From assembly GCA_051294375.1 (NCBI GenBank), contig JBJCIZ010000239.1, positions 987,721-1,051,720 on the forward strand: 64,000 nucleotides of DNA, written 5' to 3'. The notes below the pieces were generated by a model. It was not told the DNA's origin and did not search any database. It worked only from the letters and a program-made list of their open reading frames with translations. The position numbers and the translations under genes are program-made. Positions 50,115 to 62,797 of the stretch are shown in pieces (the first letter of the stretch is position 1; each line of letters starts with the position of its first letter). The DNA comes from Paraspadella gotoi. Its lineage: Eukaryota > Animalia > Chaetognatha.

Positions 50115-50870
50115 AAATATTATCATTTTTTATTCTTAGTTGAAAATCGATTTTCGATTTTCCGTTTATTTTCTTTCTTTATTTTTCTTCATCATTTTTA
50201 TTTTCTTATTTTTTTTTTCTTATTCGTTATTTCGAGGATTGGAATGAATATTCCATTTGCATATCCGGGAGAAGTGGAGTGTGCGNNNNNNNNNNNNNNN
50301 NNNNNNNNNNNNNNNNNNNNNNNNNNNNNNNNNNNNNNNNNNNNNNNNNNNNNNNNNNNNNNNNNNNNNNNNNNNNNNNNNNNNNNNNNNNNNNNNNNNN
50401 NNNNNNNNNNNNNNNNNNNNNNNNNNNNNNNNNNNNNNNNNNNNNNNNNNNNNNNNNNNNNNNNNNNNNNNNNNNNNNNNNNNNNNNNNNNNNNNNNNNN
50501 NNNNAAAAAAAATAGATAAGAGGAAGAGGAAGAGTCAAAAGAAAGAAAGAGAGATGAAAAGAGGAAACGGATTTAGATTTTGGCGACAGAAAAGATGTGA
50601 ACGGTTGTTTTTTTTCTCGTTCACGCAGAGAATTGAATTCACAGCAGTGGATTCACAGCAGTGAATTCACAGCAGTGAATTCACAGCAGCGAATTGAATT
50701 CACAGCGAATCTCGACTCGAAAATCCGGGGTTACACTTTTGTCGCGTTTCGTTGGCAAAGACCGAACAATGGAATGGAATGGAATGGAAAGCGACGAGGG
50801 AACTTAGACGGAACATTTTCGTTCATCTGGAACAAATGGAAACATGGATGGTACATTGTCGGATTGTTAC
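50115..50870 (+). repeat. Tandem duplicate of a ~750 bp unit (46870-47321 joined to 49791-50100)
   Basis: Shared ttcttag.tgaaaatc..ttttcgatt, catttgcatatccggg, ggatttagattttggcgacagaaaagatg, (GGAAT)n and tgtcggattgttac. A third copy lies at about 63350-64000. Confidence 0.8.
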
Positions 50871-51849
50871 ATAAATGAAACGATATAAAAACTTATTAAC
50901 TTCATTGCATAAAAGAAATTGCAGTTGAAATCTCCGAAGGTTGCAATGCAAGGTAGAGAAATACGGTTACAACTGCAATCCGTTGATAAAGTAACTGTTT
51001 AACCTTCGATCATGTTGTACCCATGACTCGCGTACCCATGTCGTTGCTCGGGGAGAAAATGATCTTTTTATTTTATCGCCACCGGGAAAACGAATTGCAC
51101 GTGTGAAACGATGTTCACAAATAAGGTGAAAAATGAAACGCGGCTAAAGAAATTTAAAAAAAAAAGCCTTCCAAAAAATGGCGCGCGAGTGGAAAATTGC
51201 GCGTCGCCAAAAAAAATAATGAAGACGAAGGCATAAAAAAAAAAACCGTCTTTCCCTGGGAAATTACTCGGGCGACGCCCAGGGTATTAGCTATAACGCT
51301 GCTGCAGGGATACCGCGGGAGCGGCCACAGCCACGGCAGCGTGATGGTTGCGGCGGCGGCGGCGGCGGCTGCCGCAGTCAGCGTCAGGTGGCGGAGAAAA
51401 TGGGGATTAAAGTTTCATGTTAACGATCGCAAGGAAGCGAGGCGTTGTCAATGGAGACGACATAGCGATGGCTGAGGGGGTAATTGTTGTCGTCGTCGTT
51501 GTTATTGTTCTTGTTGTTCTTGTTGTTGTCGTTGTTATCCTTCTCTTAAATGCNNNNNNNNNNNNNNNNNNNNNNNNNTAAAATGGTCGGCTTCTGATTT
51601 CTTGATGTTTTCCGTGGTTGAAGTAAAACATTTGGATTTGACAGGGATGAGTACCAATGAAGTTTTCATGAATTTTTGAGTTACACTAACTGAATTAAAA
51701 CCGATAATGAGTTTCTGCCTTTGAAATTGGTGAGACTAAACATTAAATTTATTAATATCTTTTTATTTTAATTCCATTTAAATTAAAACTATCTAATACC
51801 CCTGACTTTTGGAACAGGCTCTATTTAATTAAATCTATTCAAAACTTAA

Positions 51850-53020
51850 AAGGTTAAAATGATCTCGATTTCCACAAAACGTTCCAAATGGAACGATTAT
51901 ATGGAACGAATATATAAACAAAGGGACGGTGCACTAAAGTTAAAATGCTAACAACGACAGATCTCGATTTCCCAACAAGTCCAAATGAACGAAATATTAT
52001 GAACGGAATATATAAAAAGGACCGGTCTGCCAAAGTTAAAATGATACAACGGACTGATCTCGATTCCCCAACAAGTCCAAATGGAACGGAATTATACTGG
52101 GAACGAATATATAACAAAAGGACGCGTGCTAAAGCTAAATGCTACAACGGGAAACAGATTCTCGATTTTCCGGCAAGTGCCAAATTGGACACGAATATAT
52201 GGAACGAATATCACTAACACAAGGACGTGCTAAAAGCTAAAATGCGTTACAAACGACTGATCTCGTTTTCCACAGAGTCCAAATGGAACGAATATTTATG
52301 GAACGAATTACTATAACAAAGGACGGTGCTTAAAGTAAATTGCTACAACGACAGATCTCGATTTCCACAAGTTCAAAATGGAACGGAATTATATTGCAAC
52401 GAATATATAAACAAAGGCACGGTTGCCAAAACGTAAAATGCTACAACGACTGATCTCGATTCCACAAGTCAAATGGAAGAATATTATGGAACGGAATATA
52501 TAACAAAGGTACGGGTGCTTAAAGGTAACAATGCTACAACGAAAAAAAAAAAAAAAACCAAAAAAAAAAATAAAAAAAAAAAAAAAAAATCGACCAAGAT
52601 CTCGCATCCGCTAAGTCCAAATTTGGATACGAATATATTGGAAACGAATAGTTATAAACCAAAGCGACTGGTGCTAAATGTAAAATGTACAACGACTGAT
52701 CTCGATTTCCACAGGTCAAATGGAACGAATGATATGAACGAATTATTAACAAAGGCACCGGTGCTAAAGTAAAATGCTACAACAACAGATCTCGATTTAT
52801 CCACAAGTCCATAATGGAACTGAATTATCATACGGCCCCCTCATTCCACAGTCCAATGGAACGAAATCATATGGAAGAATATATAACATAAGACGGCTGC
52901 AAAGTAAAAATGCTACAACGGGACTGATTCTCATTTCCACAAGTCCAAATGGATACGAATATTTATGGGAAACGAATATATAACAAAGGGACCGGTGCTA
53001 AAGTATAAAATGCTACAACG
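51850..53020 (+). repeat. ~90 bp satellite/VNTR, about 12 copies
   Basis: Consensus by eye: GTAAAATGCTACAACGACTGATCTCGATTTCCACAAGTCCAAATGGAACGAATATTATGGAACGAATATATAACAAAGGACCGGTGCTAAA. Confidence 0.9.
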
Positions 53021-55377
53021 TATGCATTTCTCCGAGTTTCCAAACCAGCGTCCGCAATGTCTCGACGATGACGTTTTGGCGCCAACGCTAACTTTTCTAA
53101 ACGGCCGTCGAGACGCGAGCGGTGGTTCGCGCATAACACGTTCAAGAGGGCGCGTCGCCGGTTGACGTAGGCGCTAGGGATGGCGCGCGGTCGAGAAGAA
53201 AAAAACGGCCGCGGCGAATTGTTGGCGCCTGCTTGTCTCGAGTCCCAGAGCACGGGTTTTCCCCAGAGTGCGTCGTATGTCAACACTTAATAAATCGCTT
53301 CTGTTTTCTGTTGAAAGACCGTTTTAAAAGAGGGCTACGGTGTAGGCGAGAATTTTTTCAGGTTTTAAGGAATAATAATCAATAACATTAATAATAACAA
53401 TTGATGTTTAATAAATAATTGTATATGAATAATTCGGAGAAACTGGCTGTCTTTTTGAATTCTAACTAACTGGGCTAATTCTGCTCATGAAACCAGATGG
53501 GAGTCGGTATAAAATGGCGCAGAAGAGACGATGCGCCGGGTCAAGGACGCCCCTGGAGATGACGACGACCAGTCTCGGCAGAACGACGTCGGCTAAGGCC
53601 GAAGGACGACGAAACTACGAAGCCCAGGGACTTGAACAAATATTGATGTAGTCTGATGAAAAGGATGAAGGAGTAGTAGCAGTCGTAGTTAGTCCTGTAG
53701 AGAGAGTTTAGAGTCCTGGCAGAGGAATAACCAAAACATTCTAGTACCAAACACTCAGCAAATATAAAATAAATTTTTTAAAAGTGGTCTTTCTTTATTG
53801 TTTCTGAAGCCAATATATGTTTAAAAATAGAGATGCTTCTCTCATAGGAAAAGGTCCACCAAACCAGCGATCACCACCAAAATTTAAGATTCCGAGATAT
53901 CTGAATAAAGAGTTTCTATGCTTCTTTGAAAAAAGAAACTTAAAAACCCTAAGCTGACACTTTGAGTTCTGAAGATGGCCACGTTCGGGTAGAATTCGAT
54001 TTAGAATCTTAATGACAATCTATCGAAATCCGGACCAAATCAGAATCAGCTGTACACTTGCCTCGGAATTTCTGTACTTAAGTATAAACAAAAGAAAGAG
54101 CCTAAAGGATGTCGTTGTCGATCGCTTTAACGGTGGCATTTTTCGATGCCAGTAATAAAGAGCCAAAAGAGGGCAACGGGAAAAGGGTAAAAGGAAGCTG
54201 GATCTCGCAATGATTAGAGATTAGTTTATTTGTTAACACCCCCCGCTATTTGGTATGCCAAAAACGCATTCCGAATACCTTTGAGCATTGTCTAGAAATA
54301 GCAATCTAAAATATCCCGGTTCGCAGGGGGATGGAAAGTAAGAAAGGAAGTAATTTTAAAAAGCTGAGTATGGCAAAAAATGCGCCCAGGAACTTACTTG
54401 TTAATACCTCAAAAAATTCCAAAAAAATCTGACGTACAAAACTGACAAAAAAAAACTGAACAAACGTTACGGACGACTGTTGACGACGGCAGACGACAAA
54501 CTTCGACCGGCGACACCCTTCTTCACACGCTAATTTACTTCAATTATTCATGTTGAAACAAACAGTTGGGTTACACCAATGATAATTTAGAAAAACCCGT
54601 TGCGTGAATGTAATTAAAAAACTACGTTCGTTTATTCTAAAGTATTTCACCCAAATACAAAAACAAGACCAAGTTTTCGCTCCGTTCACGAGCGACGCCG
54701 GGTGCTGCTCAACCAAACCTTCTGCAGAGACGAAGCGCCGCTAAGTGACGAATTAGCCGAAACGAAACGTTCTTTGACTACGATACATAGAAAGGAAACA
54801 AAAATAAACTCTGTCGCGTATCAGTTACACCCGTTTTTTCAACCGTATCCAAAAAACGAAAACACTAAAAAATGTTCAATTCCTGGCGTTTTAACTTATA
54901 ATCGTTGCCCGGCTAACTTGAAAAAAGTACAAATAAAGACCCTAAGTAAAAATTTTGACACAAGGCAGGGGGGGAAATGCAGACGATGGGAGCTAAATAT
55001 TTCTAATTTACTAACTGACTAACACAATAAAATGATTTTCGGTCAACTATCTATTCGGCATCATTAAAACAATTTCTGTCTTAATCCATGTATTACTCCA
55101 AATAGAAGCAAAATAAAATCTTTTCTTTTCACGTTAGATCCGAAGCGCGGAGAGCCGGTGGATTCTGACTCCTGGGCCTGACCTCGAATCTGACATATAT
55201 TACAACCCGATTCCTCGTAAGTACCAACTAAAAAAGGAAACGTGATATTAGTGGAAGCCCGGAATTGTAAACCAATTTACGGCACCGCCGGGACCAATTT
55301 CGATTCCAAAGGACTGGAACCCGAATAAGGTAAATTAAAAAATTATATTTGGTTGTCGATTTGGAATCTTCTCTCTT

Positions 55378-56179
55378 GTTCATGAATTTTGAGTACATAA
55401 CTAATTTGAAAACCTATGAGTTTCTGCCATAAATTTATAATTTTATTTTTCATTAAACTATCTTACCCCTGACTTTGGACAGGCTATTAAATAAACAATT
55501 AAATAAAAGTAAAATGCTACAACGACTGATCTCGATTTCCACAANNNNNNNNNNNNNNNNNNNNNNNNNNNNNNNNNNNNNNNNNNNNNNNNNNNNNNNN
55601 NNNNNNNNNNNNNNNNNNNNNNNNNNNNNNNNNNNNNNNNNNNNNNNNNNNNNNNNNNNNNNNNNNNNNNNNNNNNNNNNNNNNNNNNNNNNNNNNNNNN
55701 NNNNNNNNNNNNNNNNNNNNNNNNNNNNNNNNNNNNNNNNNNNNNNNNNNNNNNNNNNNNNNNNNNNNNNNNNNNNNNNNGTAAAATGCTACAACGACTG
55801 ATCTCGATTTCCACAAGTCCGAATGTCTCGAGATGACGTTTGGCGCCAACGCGAACTTCTAAACGCCGTCGAGACGCGAGCGGTTGTTCGCGATAAACGT
55901 CAAGACGCGCGTCGGCCGTGTTGACGTTGGCGCTAGAATGGCGGGTGATGAATGAAAAAAAAACGCCTGGTGAGCTGTTTGGCGAGCCTGCTGATTCTCG
56001 GGAGATTCCCGAGAAACGTGGGTTTTCCCCCAGAGTTGCGTCGATGTCCAACACTAACCTTCTGTTTTCTGTGAAGTAACTGATTTAAAAAGAGGCTACG
56101 GTATAGAGCGGAGAAATCAGGTTTTAAGGAAATAACAATTAACATAATAAAGATGTAAATATAAATGAATAATAATATA

Positions 56180-56190
<11 letters not shown>
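55378..56190 (+). repeat. Direct duplicate of about 51660-53430 with a shorter satellite array
   Basis: Shared left flank (catgaatttt.gagt..atgagtttctgcc; cccctgactttgga.caggct), satellite ends on both sides of the N run, and shared right flank (aatgtctcga.gatgacgttt.ggcgccaacgc..cgtcgagacgcgagcgg..gggttttcccc.agagt). Confidence 0.85.
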
Positions 56191-56212
<22 letters not shown>

Positions 56213-56891
56213 AATAATAATAATAGAATATATAAATAATATAAATATAACTGGCGCAGTGATGAATAGCTTGTTAAAGGGCAGCTGTGTTTGTTGTTTT
56301 TTTTTGGCCTGGTGTGGCAAATAATTGTTCTTTAAACACTTTATTTTCTACTTTTTTTTACATATTTACTACATTAATGGCTAAATTAATGGCATGCAAT
56401 GATAATTGCGCAATCATTCTTGAATGTACGAGTTTTTCATGCTTGGAATTTTTTTTCGGCTTCAAACATTAATTACATGTCCTTCCGTTAAGGCATTCGC
56501 TACGTCTTTCATTTATCTCAAAAGTATAACCTGGCCTCTGCGTCTCTCGTCTCTCTGCTCGTGCTCTGCTCTGTTTCTCTCCTGCTCTGTCTTCTCTTCT
56601 CTGCCTCTGCAGTCTCTCTCATCTTCTCGGTGCGTCTGCTCTCAGTCTCGTCTGCGTCTTTCGTTATCTCATCGTGTCTCGCGTTCTCATCGTCTCTTCG
56701 TCTTCTCGTCTCTCTCACTCCCCCTAAGGCTCCATAACGCGCAAAGTGACGGAAAGATAAAACCTTTAATGTTTGATTGGCGCTCGTTTAATACCGACGT
56801 CGTCGTCGTCGTCGTCGTCGTCTTTCTTACCGCTGTAGCTGTCGTTCCGGTTGTTGTAGTTGTTGTTGTTGTTGTCGCGGTCACGACTGTT

Positions 56892-56923
<32 letters not shown>

Positions 56924-57351
56924 CAACGTCGCACTATTTCCTTCTCGGTTGTGACATTTCTGACAAACATCGTCACATTGAGACAGAATGAGTGAGTCCA
57001 TTTCACCGCGCCGTTCGTGTCACTTCAAGACGCCACCTTCTCACAAATGTGTTGCGGTTTTCTTGTTTTGTACCGAGTTTAGATCACGGATACAGTTTAA
57101 CGTTTCGAAGTTAGTTTCGTTGGTCCTGTGTTTGAACCACGTCTCTTTTCTCTTTTCAAATCTTGTGGGATTCATGATATTAGTTCAACATATAGTTAAC
57201 TTGAGTAGTAACCTAAGGTTTGTATTTTCTACAAGAGCAATGTATTATGTGNNNNNNNNNNNNNNNNNNNNNNNNNNNNNNNNNNNNNNNNNNNNNNNNN
57301 NNNNNNNNNNNNNNNNNNNNNNNNNNNNNNNNNNNNNNNNNNNNNNNNNNN

Positions 57352-58656
57352 GACAAAGAAGAAGAGAAAAGAATCCCCCCCACAAAACAAAAGAACCGAT
57401 TTCATCAAAGAAGAAACGGTTGTCTTGTTGTTGTTTCGTCGCCGCACCGGCCTCCTTAAGAATCCAGGGAAAAGATTGTAAAGCATTAAAGGGAGCGATC
57501 AAAACGCAAAATAAAGCAAGAAAGCGCAAATAAAGCTATTTCTCCCCCCCCCCCCTCCGCCCTGCGACTCTTCCGCATTAACTGCTCCGTCCTTCGGCCT
57601 TGGGGTCGCATCTTCGGTTCCCTTGATGTCTTCACTGAGAAAGGTTAGGAAGAGGAGTGAGAGGAGGAGGGGAGAAAGAGCGAGAGGGAGAGGGAGGACA
57701 AAACACCGACAACGAGGATTCTAATGATGACAAATAAGAACGTGACGCTTATACGGCTAGCTGACACCTGCGACGATTTTATGACAAAATCAGATATGAG
57801 AAAATTAGCAAGACGTTCTTTAGTTCAATGACAAAAGGAACAACACTACAACAAAACTCAGATATAAAACAAACACAACGACCAAAAAAAATAAGATGAC
57901 AATAAAGACAACATAAACCACAAAAGACAAAACTAGACAAAAAAACAAAACAAATAATATGACGAAAACAAGATAACAAACGACAACAAAATAAGAATGA
58001 CATAAACAAGACAACAAAAACAAAACAATAACAGGACCGACGAAAACAAGATAACAACGCCAACAAATAGATGACAAAACATAATCAACAATCACAACAA
58101 CAAAAGAAACAACAACCGACAAAAGATAGCGGAAATCGGACACGTGATCCTTTACGCGAATCTATTCGTTGTGAAGAAAACTTAAATTAGACTGAGAAGA
58201 ATATTACACTTCATTAATTGCAAAATTCTTTGCTCATGGGTATAATAAATAATTAATAATAATAACAATATAATATATAACTGTGTAATGATAATGGTAT
58301 CATCTTCGCTTCATTGTACGAAGTCACTTGCCCCTTTTCTTCTTTTCTCTTTTCATTTCTGTTTTTTTTTTTTTTTTTTCTATTTGGATTTCTGTCTGTC
58401 TGTTGTTTCATTGTGTCTGTCTGCCTTTAATGACTGAGCTATAAAATTTATATATAAATTTATATTTATCTTTTAACTAAATATTCTTCTCTTTTCTCTT
58501 CTCTATCACTCATATCCGCTTCCGCCAAGAGCGAAATTCAGAAGCTGAAAACAAAAACTTTATGCAAAGACTCGACCCCGAAAAATTTCGCCGCGGAAGG
58601 AATAAAAATACTCTCTCTCTCTCCTCTCTCTCTTCTCTCTCTCTCTCTTTCTCTCT

Positions 58657-58697
<41 letters not shown>

Positions 58698-60922
58698 CTC
58701 TCTCTCTTCTGACAAAAAATCATTCCTGGTGGAATTGAAGTGGAAGCGTAAAATATCTGGGGGTTTACGAAGTCGTTCGTCGGCGTCGTCTCGTCGTCGT
58801 CGCTCGTCGTCCTCGGTCTGGCTCTGTTCCTCCAAGGGATCTTTGATTCACGTGACCTTTTGACTTCTGCCGGAAATTTTTTTTTTTTTAACGAAGTGGC
58901 CGACGACCGACAAAGAACATAAATTCACAATGTTGTCCTGCATTTCTTTTTAAATTATAAAAATTAACAGAAGAAGAAAATAACTGACTATTATTAATTA
59001 AACAAATTTTAAATCGTTTCCAAAGTACAGTTGGCAACTTGAATGCCCTTGACATTAAAATACGAACGATACAATAAATACAATAAAATTACAAATACTG
59101 ATACATGACGTGAGTCGAACAAGAGCGACTACAACGACGACCAAACGACGACGAACAAACGACGACCACAACAACAACTTACAAAAAAAAACGTTCGTTT
59201 CCTCCCAAAACATTTATGTCTCGAATTTTTCCCCCAGACGTCGTCGTCGTCGTTGTCTTCATCATCATCGTCGTGTTTCATCGTCTCGTACTTCATTGTC
59301 GTTTTCATCTCCGCTTCATCGTCGTCTACATCGTCGTCAATCGTCAATCGTCAGTCTCTTCAGCGTCGTCCTTCGTCGTCGTCGTCAGACGAACGAAACC
59401 CCGACTGTCATGCATATTCAATCATTCCCTTTGTCGCGTCACTGTGTTTCCACGTTCTTTGTCTTGTCGTTGTTGTAGTCGTCGTCGTCTCTCGTCGTCG
59501 TCGTCGTCTTCGCGTCGGCGTCGTCATCGTTGTCGCCGTCTTCGTCACTATGGCGACGTGAAGACCGTAATGAATCACGAAAACGATCTCTCGCGGAATT
59601 TTTTGGACGTTTTGAAAGTTTTTTTTTTTTTTACTCTTGGGTCTTTGAGGGAGAGAATAGAGGGTAAGAAGAAGCAAGAAATAGGATAGGGGATAGGAAG
59701 GGATAGGGATAGGATAGGAGAGAAGGGGAGAGGCTGGCGGAGAAAAGAGAATCAGGGAGCAAGGGATGGAGAGGTAGTAATAGGAGCAAGACGGGAAGTT
59801 TGGGGGGAGAGAGGAAGCTCAAAGATGAGCGAATTGTGAGAAAAGTTGGTAACTGAGATCAGCTCTCCCCCCTCTCGCTCTCTCTATCACCTCCCTTCTC
59901 TCTCTCTCTGCACGCCAGAGAGGAAATTCCTTAAATTTTTTCTCTGCTGTGTTGGGTGTGGGTCGGGGGGCGTGGGAGAGTTTTGCGTGGGATGGTGTGG
60001 TCTACGAGAGTGAAGAAAGGATGAGGAAAAAGTGGCGTCCGGGGCGCGATGAGGAGGGTGTGAGAGTGTGGATAGATTGTTGGTAGTATATGATGCATGA
60101 CGACGACAAAAACGACGACGACGATTCTGATGGGGCGTACGAGCGGTGGACGACCGGATTTGACGGACGACGAAAACGATGACGACGGAAATACTTTCAT
60201 TAACAAGTTACGACAATTAATCATTGTAGTATGGAGAGGAGGTAGAGTCTAGGATTCCGGGTAGTGTGGTATACTGTTGTTATGCCATTACATGCTGGTA
60301 GCACACATCTTTGCATGAGAAAGGATCGATCACCATCAACATAATAACAACAACATCAACCAAACCAATATGCAACCTGCAACAAGAGAAACAACAATAA
60401 CTTGCAAAACCGCAACGAGCGACTACAACAACAGACAATTGGCCAATGTCTCTTGAGATTCAGGGGGGTTTCGCGAACGAATCCATCAAAAATCCGCTAA
60501 ACGTCGACGATTGACAACGACGACCGACGGACAACGACGACTAAGTACAAACATAACATGACAAAGTACGACGATGACGACGATGACGACGACGACAACC
60601 AACGACAACGACGACAACGAAAAACAGCGACAAAGTGGAGAATGATGACGTCACGCCCTTCGGCGGTTTTGATTTAGTGCAGGAAAACGAATTGCGAAGG
60701 GAAGTCATAAAAGGATTTAAAGCCTCACCACTGGAGAGAGAGAGGGAGAGAGAGAGAGAGAGAGAGAAGAGAGCAGAGAGAGAGAGAGAGAGAGAGATTA
60801 ATCAGGATGTACAGGGCAAAAGGGTGAGGTAAGTTTTTTTTCGTTGTCTTTTCTTGCTCAAAATTCCTTCTCGAGCAAACAAGAAGGCGAATCCTTACAT
60901 CTCTTAAAGTGTAAAATAATAC

Positions 60923-60955
<33 letters not shown>

Positions 60956-62574
60956 TTAATAATAATAATAATAATAATAAGAATAATAATATAATAATAA
61001 TAATAAAATAGTAATAATAATAATCGTTTAATATCGGAAGGAAAAAGGCGAAAAAAAAAGTATAATAAAATCGGACAATTTGAAAAAATATTATGTCCGA
61101 TTAATAATCCGGAGACAATTTTTTCAAACGGTAGAAAATTTATTGAAAATTTTCTTTCTAAAGCCTTTTTTATTAATATTAATGAAACACATCTAATATT
61201 CCCTCCCCTAAGTGTTTTTTCTCCTCTCAGTATTAATTCGACTGTCGTATCGAAATTCCACTACTTTCCCCCCGCCCACAACCCCAACGAAAAAGAAAAA
61301 CCATTAGAATCCAACGACATTCGCGGGATTTAAACGCATATTCAACAACATCCGGGCCGGGGCGTTCCCGGCTCCAAAATAGAGGACAGATCAGGTTTTT
61401 TTTGTGAGAAAACTGGTTACATACGGAAGTTTTTCGGTTCTAATTCAATTGACATCCGGTTCATTCGTCGCAGCAATAGATTGCAGAAACTCGGATATAA
61501 CCATGTGTTGTTGAAACTTTGCTGCAAAAACGGGTTACTTACTGCTGTTTGAGTCTTATCTAATAATCAGGAATTGTTACAGCAGGGAGAATCATATTTT
61601 GAAACAGTAGTTTCTCCAAGGCAACCAATACAATTTCGGGCATCCCCAGTCAAAATTCCTTGCCATGACATCCGGGGAATTTTAATCAAAATCCCCATGA
61701 CATCCGGTTCTTTCCGTCAAAATCCTTTTTCACATCCGGATCCATTTTTTTTTCCACCCGGAGAGAAAGAGGAAAAAGATCGAGAGAGGAAAAAAAAAGT
61801 TATTGTCGTGGGTTTTTAAAGCAATTAAAATAGGAGAATCATAAAAGGAAATAAAAAAAACCGCTCCGAGTGACGCCCTCTGACGCAATCTGACGCCATC
61901 TGACGCCCTCTGAAGCGGCCCATCTGACGGCCCGTTTATCCCTGCCTCCATCTCGGCTACACACGCTCCCCCGCCCCACTGGATTCATCTTTGTCCGAAA
62001 CCACCTCTTTCTACTCGGCCTATTTTTCCAAGAACACCCCATTTTATCCGAATTCCGGAATTCGGTTAATTTTTAAGTTTAACATTAGTATTTTAGAGGT
62101 TTGGGTTAATGATTAGGATTAATGATTAAGGTAGGGGCTTAGTTTGTATTAGGCAGGTTTGGGATTTTGTTAAAGATTAACCTTTAGGTTTTAAAGTTAG
62201 GGTTAAAAATTTAAGATAGGGTTAGGGTTCAGGATTAGGTTAGGGTTAAAGATAGGGTTAGGGGATAAGTTCAGGGATGATTTATAAGTTTCAAAAATTT
62301 AAGTCAAATATAAAGGTGCTAAAAAATAAATTCAGGGAAGAACCAAGATAAAGGGGCCAAAAATCGTGTCAACGGTCACTCTTCATTCATTCTCTTCTCT
62401 TTCCACCTTCTCTCCACGCCTCTCCGGTTCTGACCTCGCCTCATCCGTTACTTACCTGCGAGTGAACGTGGAACTTACCCCTGACCCCGCTTTCTCGCCT
62501 CCTATAAACCCCCGACAAACAGACTCGGAATCATCATAACCGGAAGTTGGGGTCGCTTTATTCTTCACTCTCTT

Positions 62575-62636
<62 letters not shown>

Positions 62637-62723
62637 GCTCCCAAAAGTCATCTAAACCGAGAAGGAGGGATTCGGCTTTACGCTTAAAATCTTTCCGCCC
62701 TTCACTCACTCACTCTCTCTTCT

Positions 62724-62797
<74 letters not shown>

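Noticed and set aside
51197-51475. Poly-Ala ORF resembling a transcription factor tract
   Set aside because: It is explained by a (GCG)n microsatellite, and no DNA-binding domain is nearby.
51850-53020. Possible CRISPR array
   Set aside because: The whole unit repeats, there are no unique spacers and no cas genes, and the context is eukaryotic. It is a satellite.
55820-56060. GC-rich stretch with an open - strand frame (LDIDATLGENPRFSG...)
   Set aside because: No recognisable domain, and the frame is not preserved in the noisy duplicate at 53050-53290. It is left uncalled rather than excluded.
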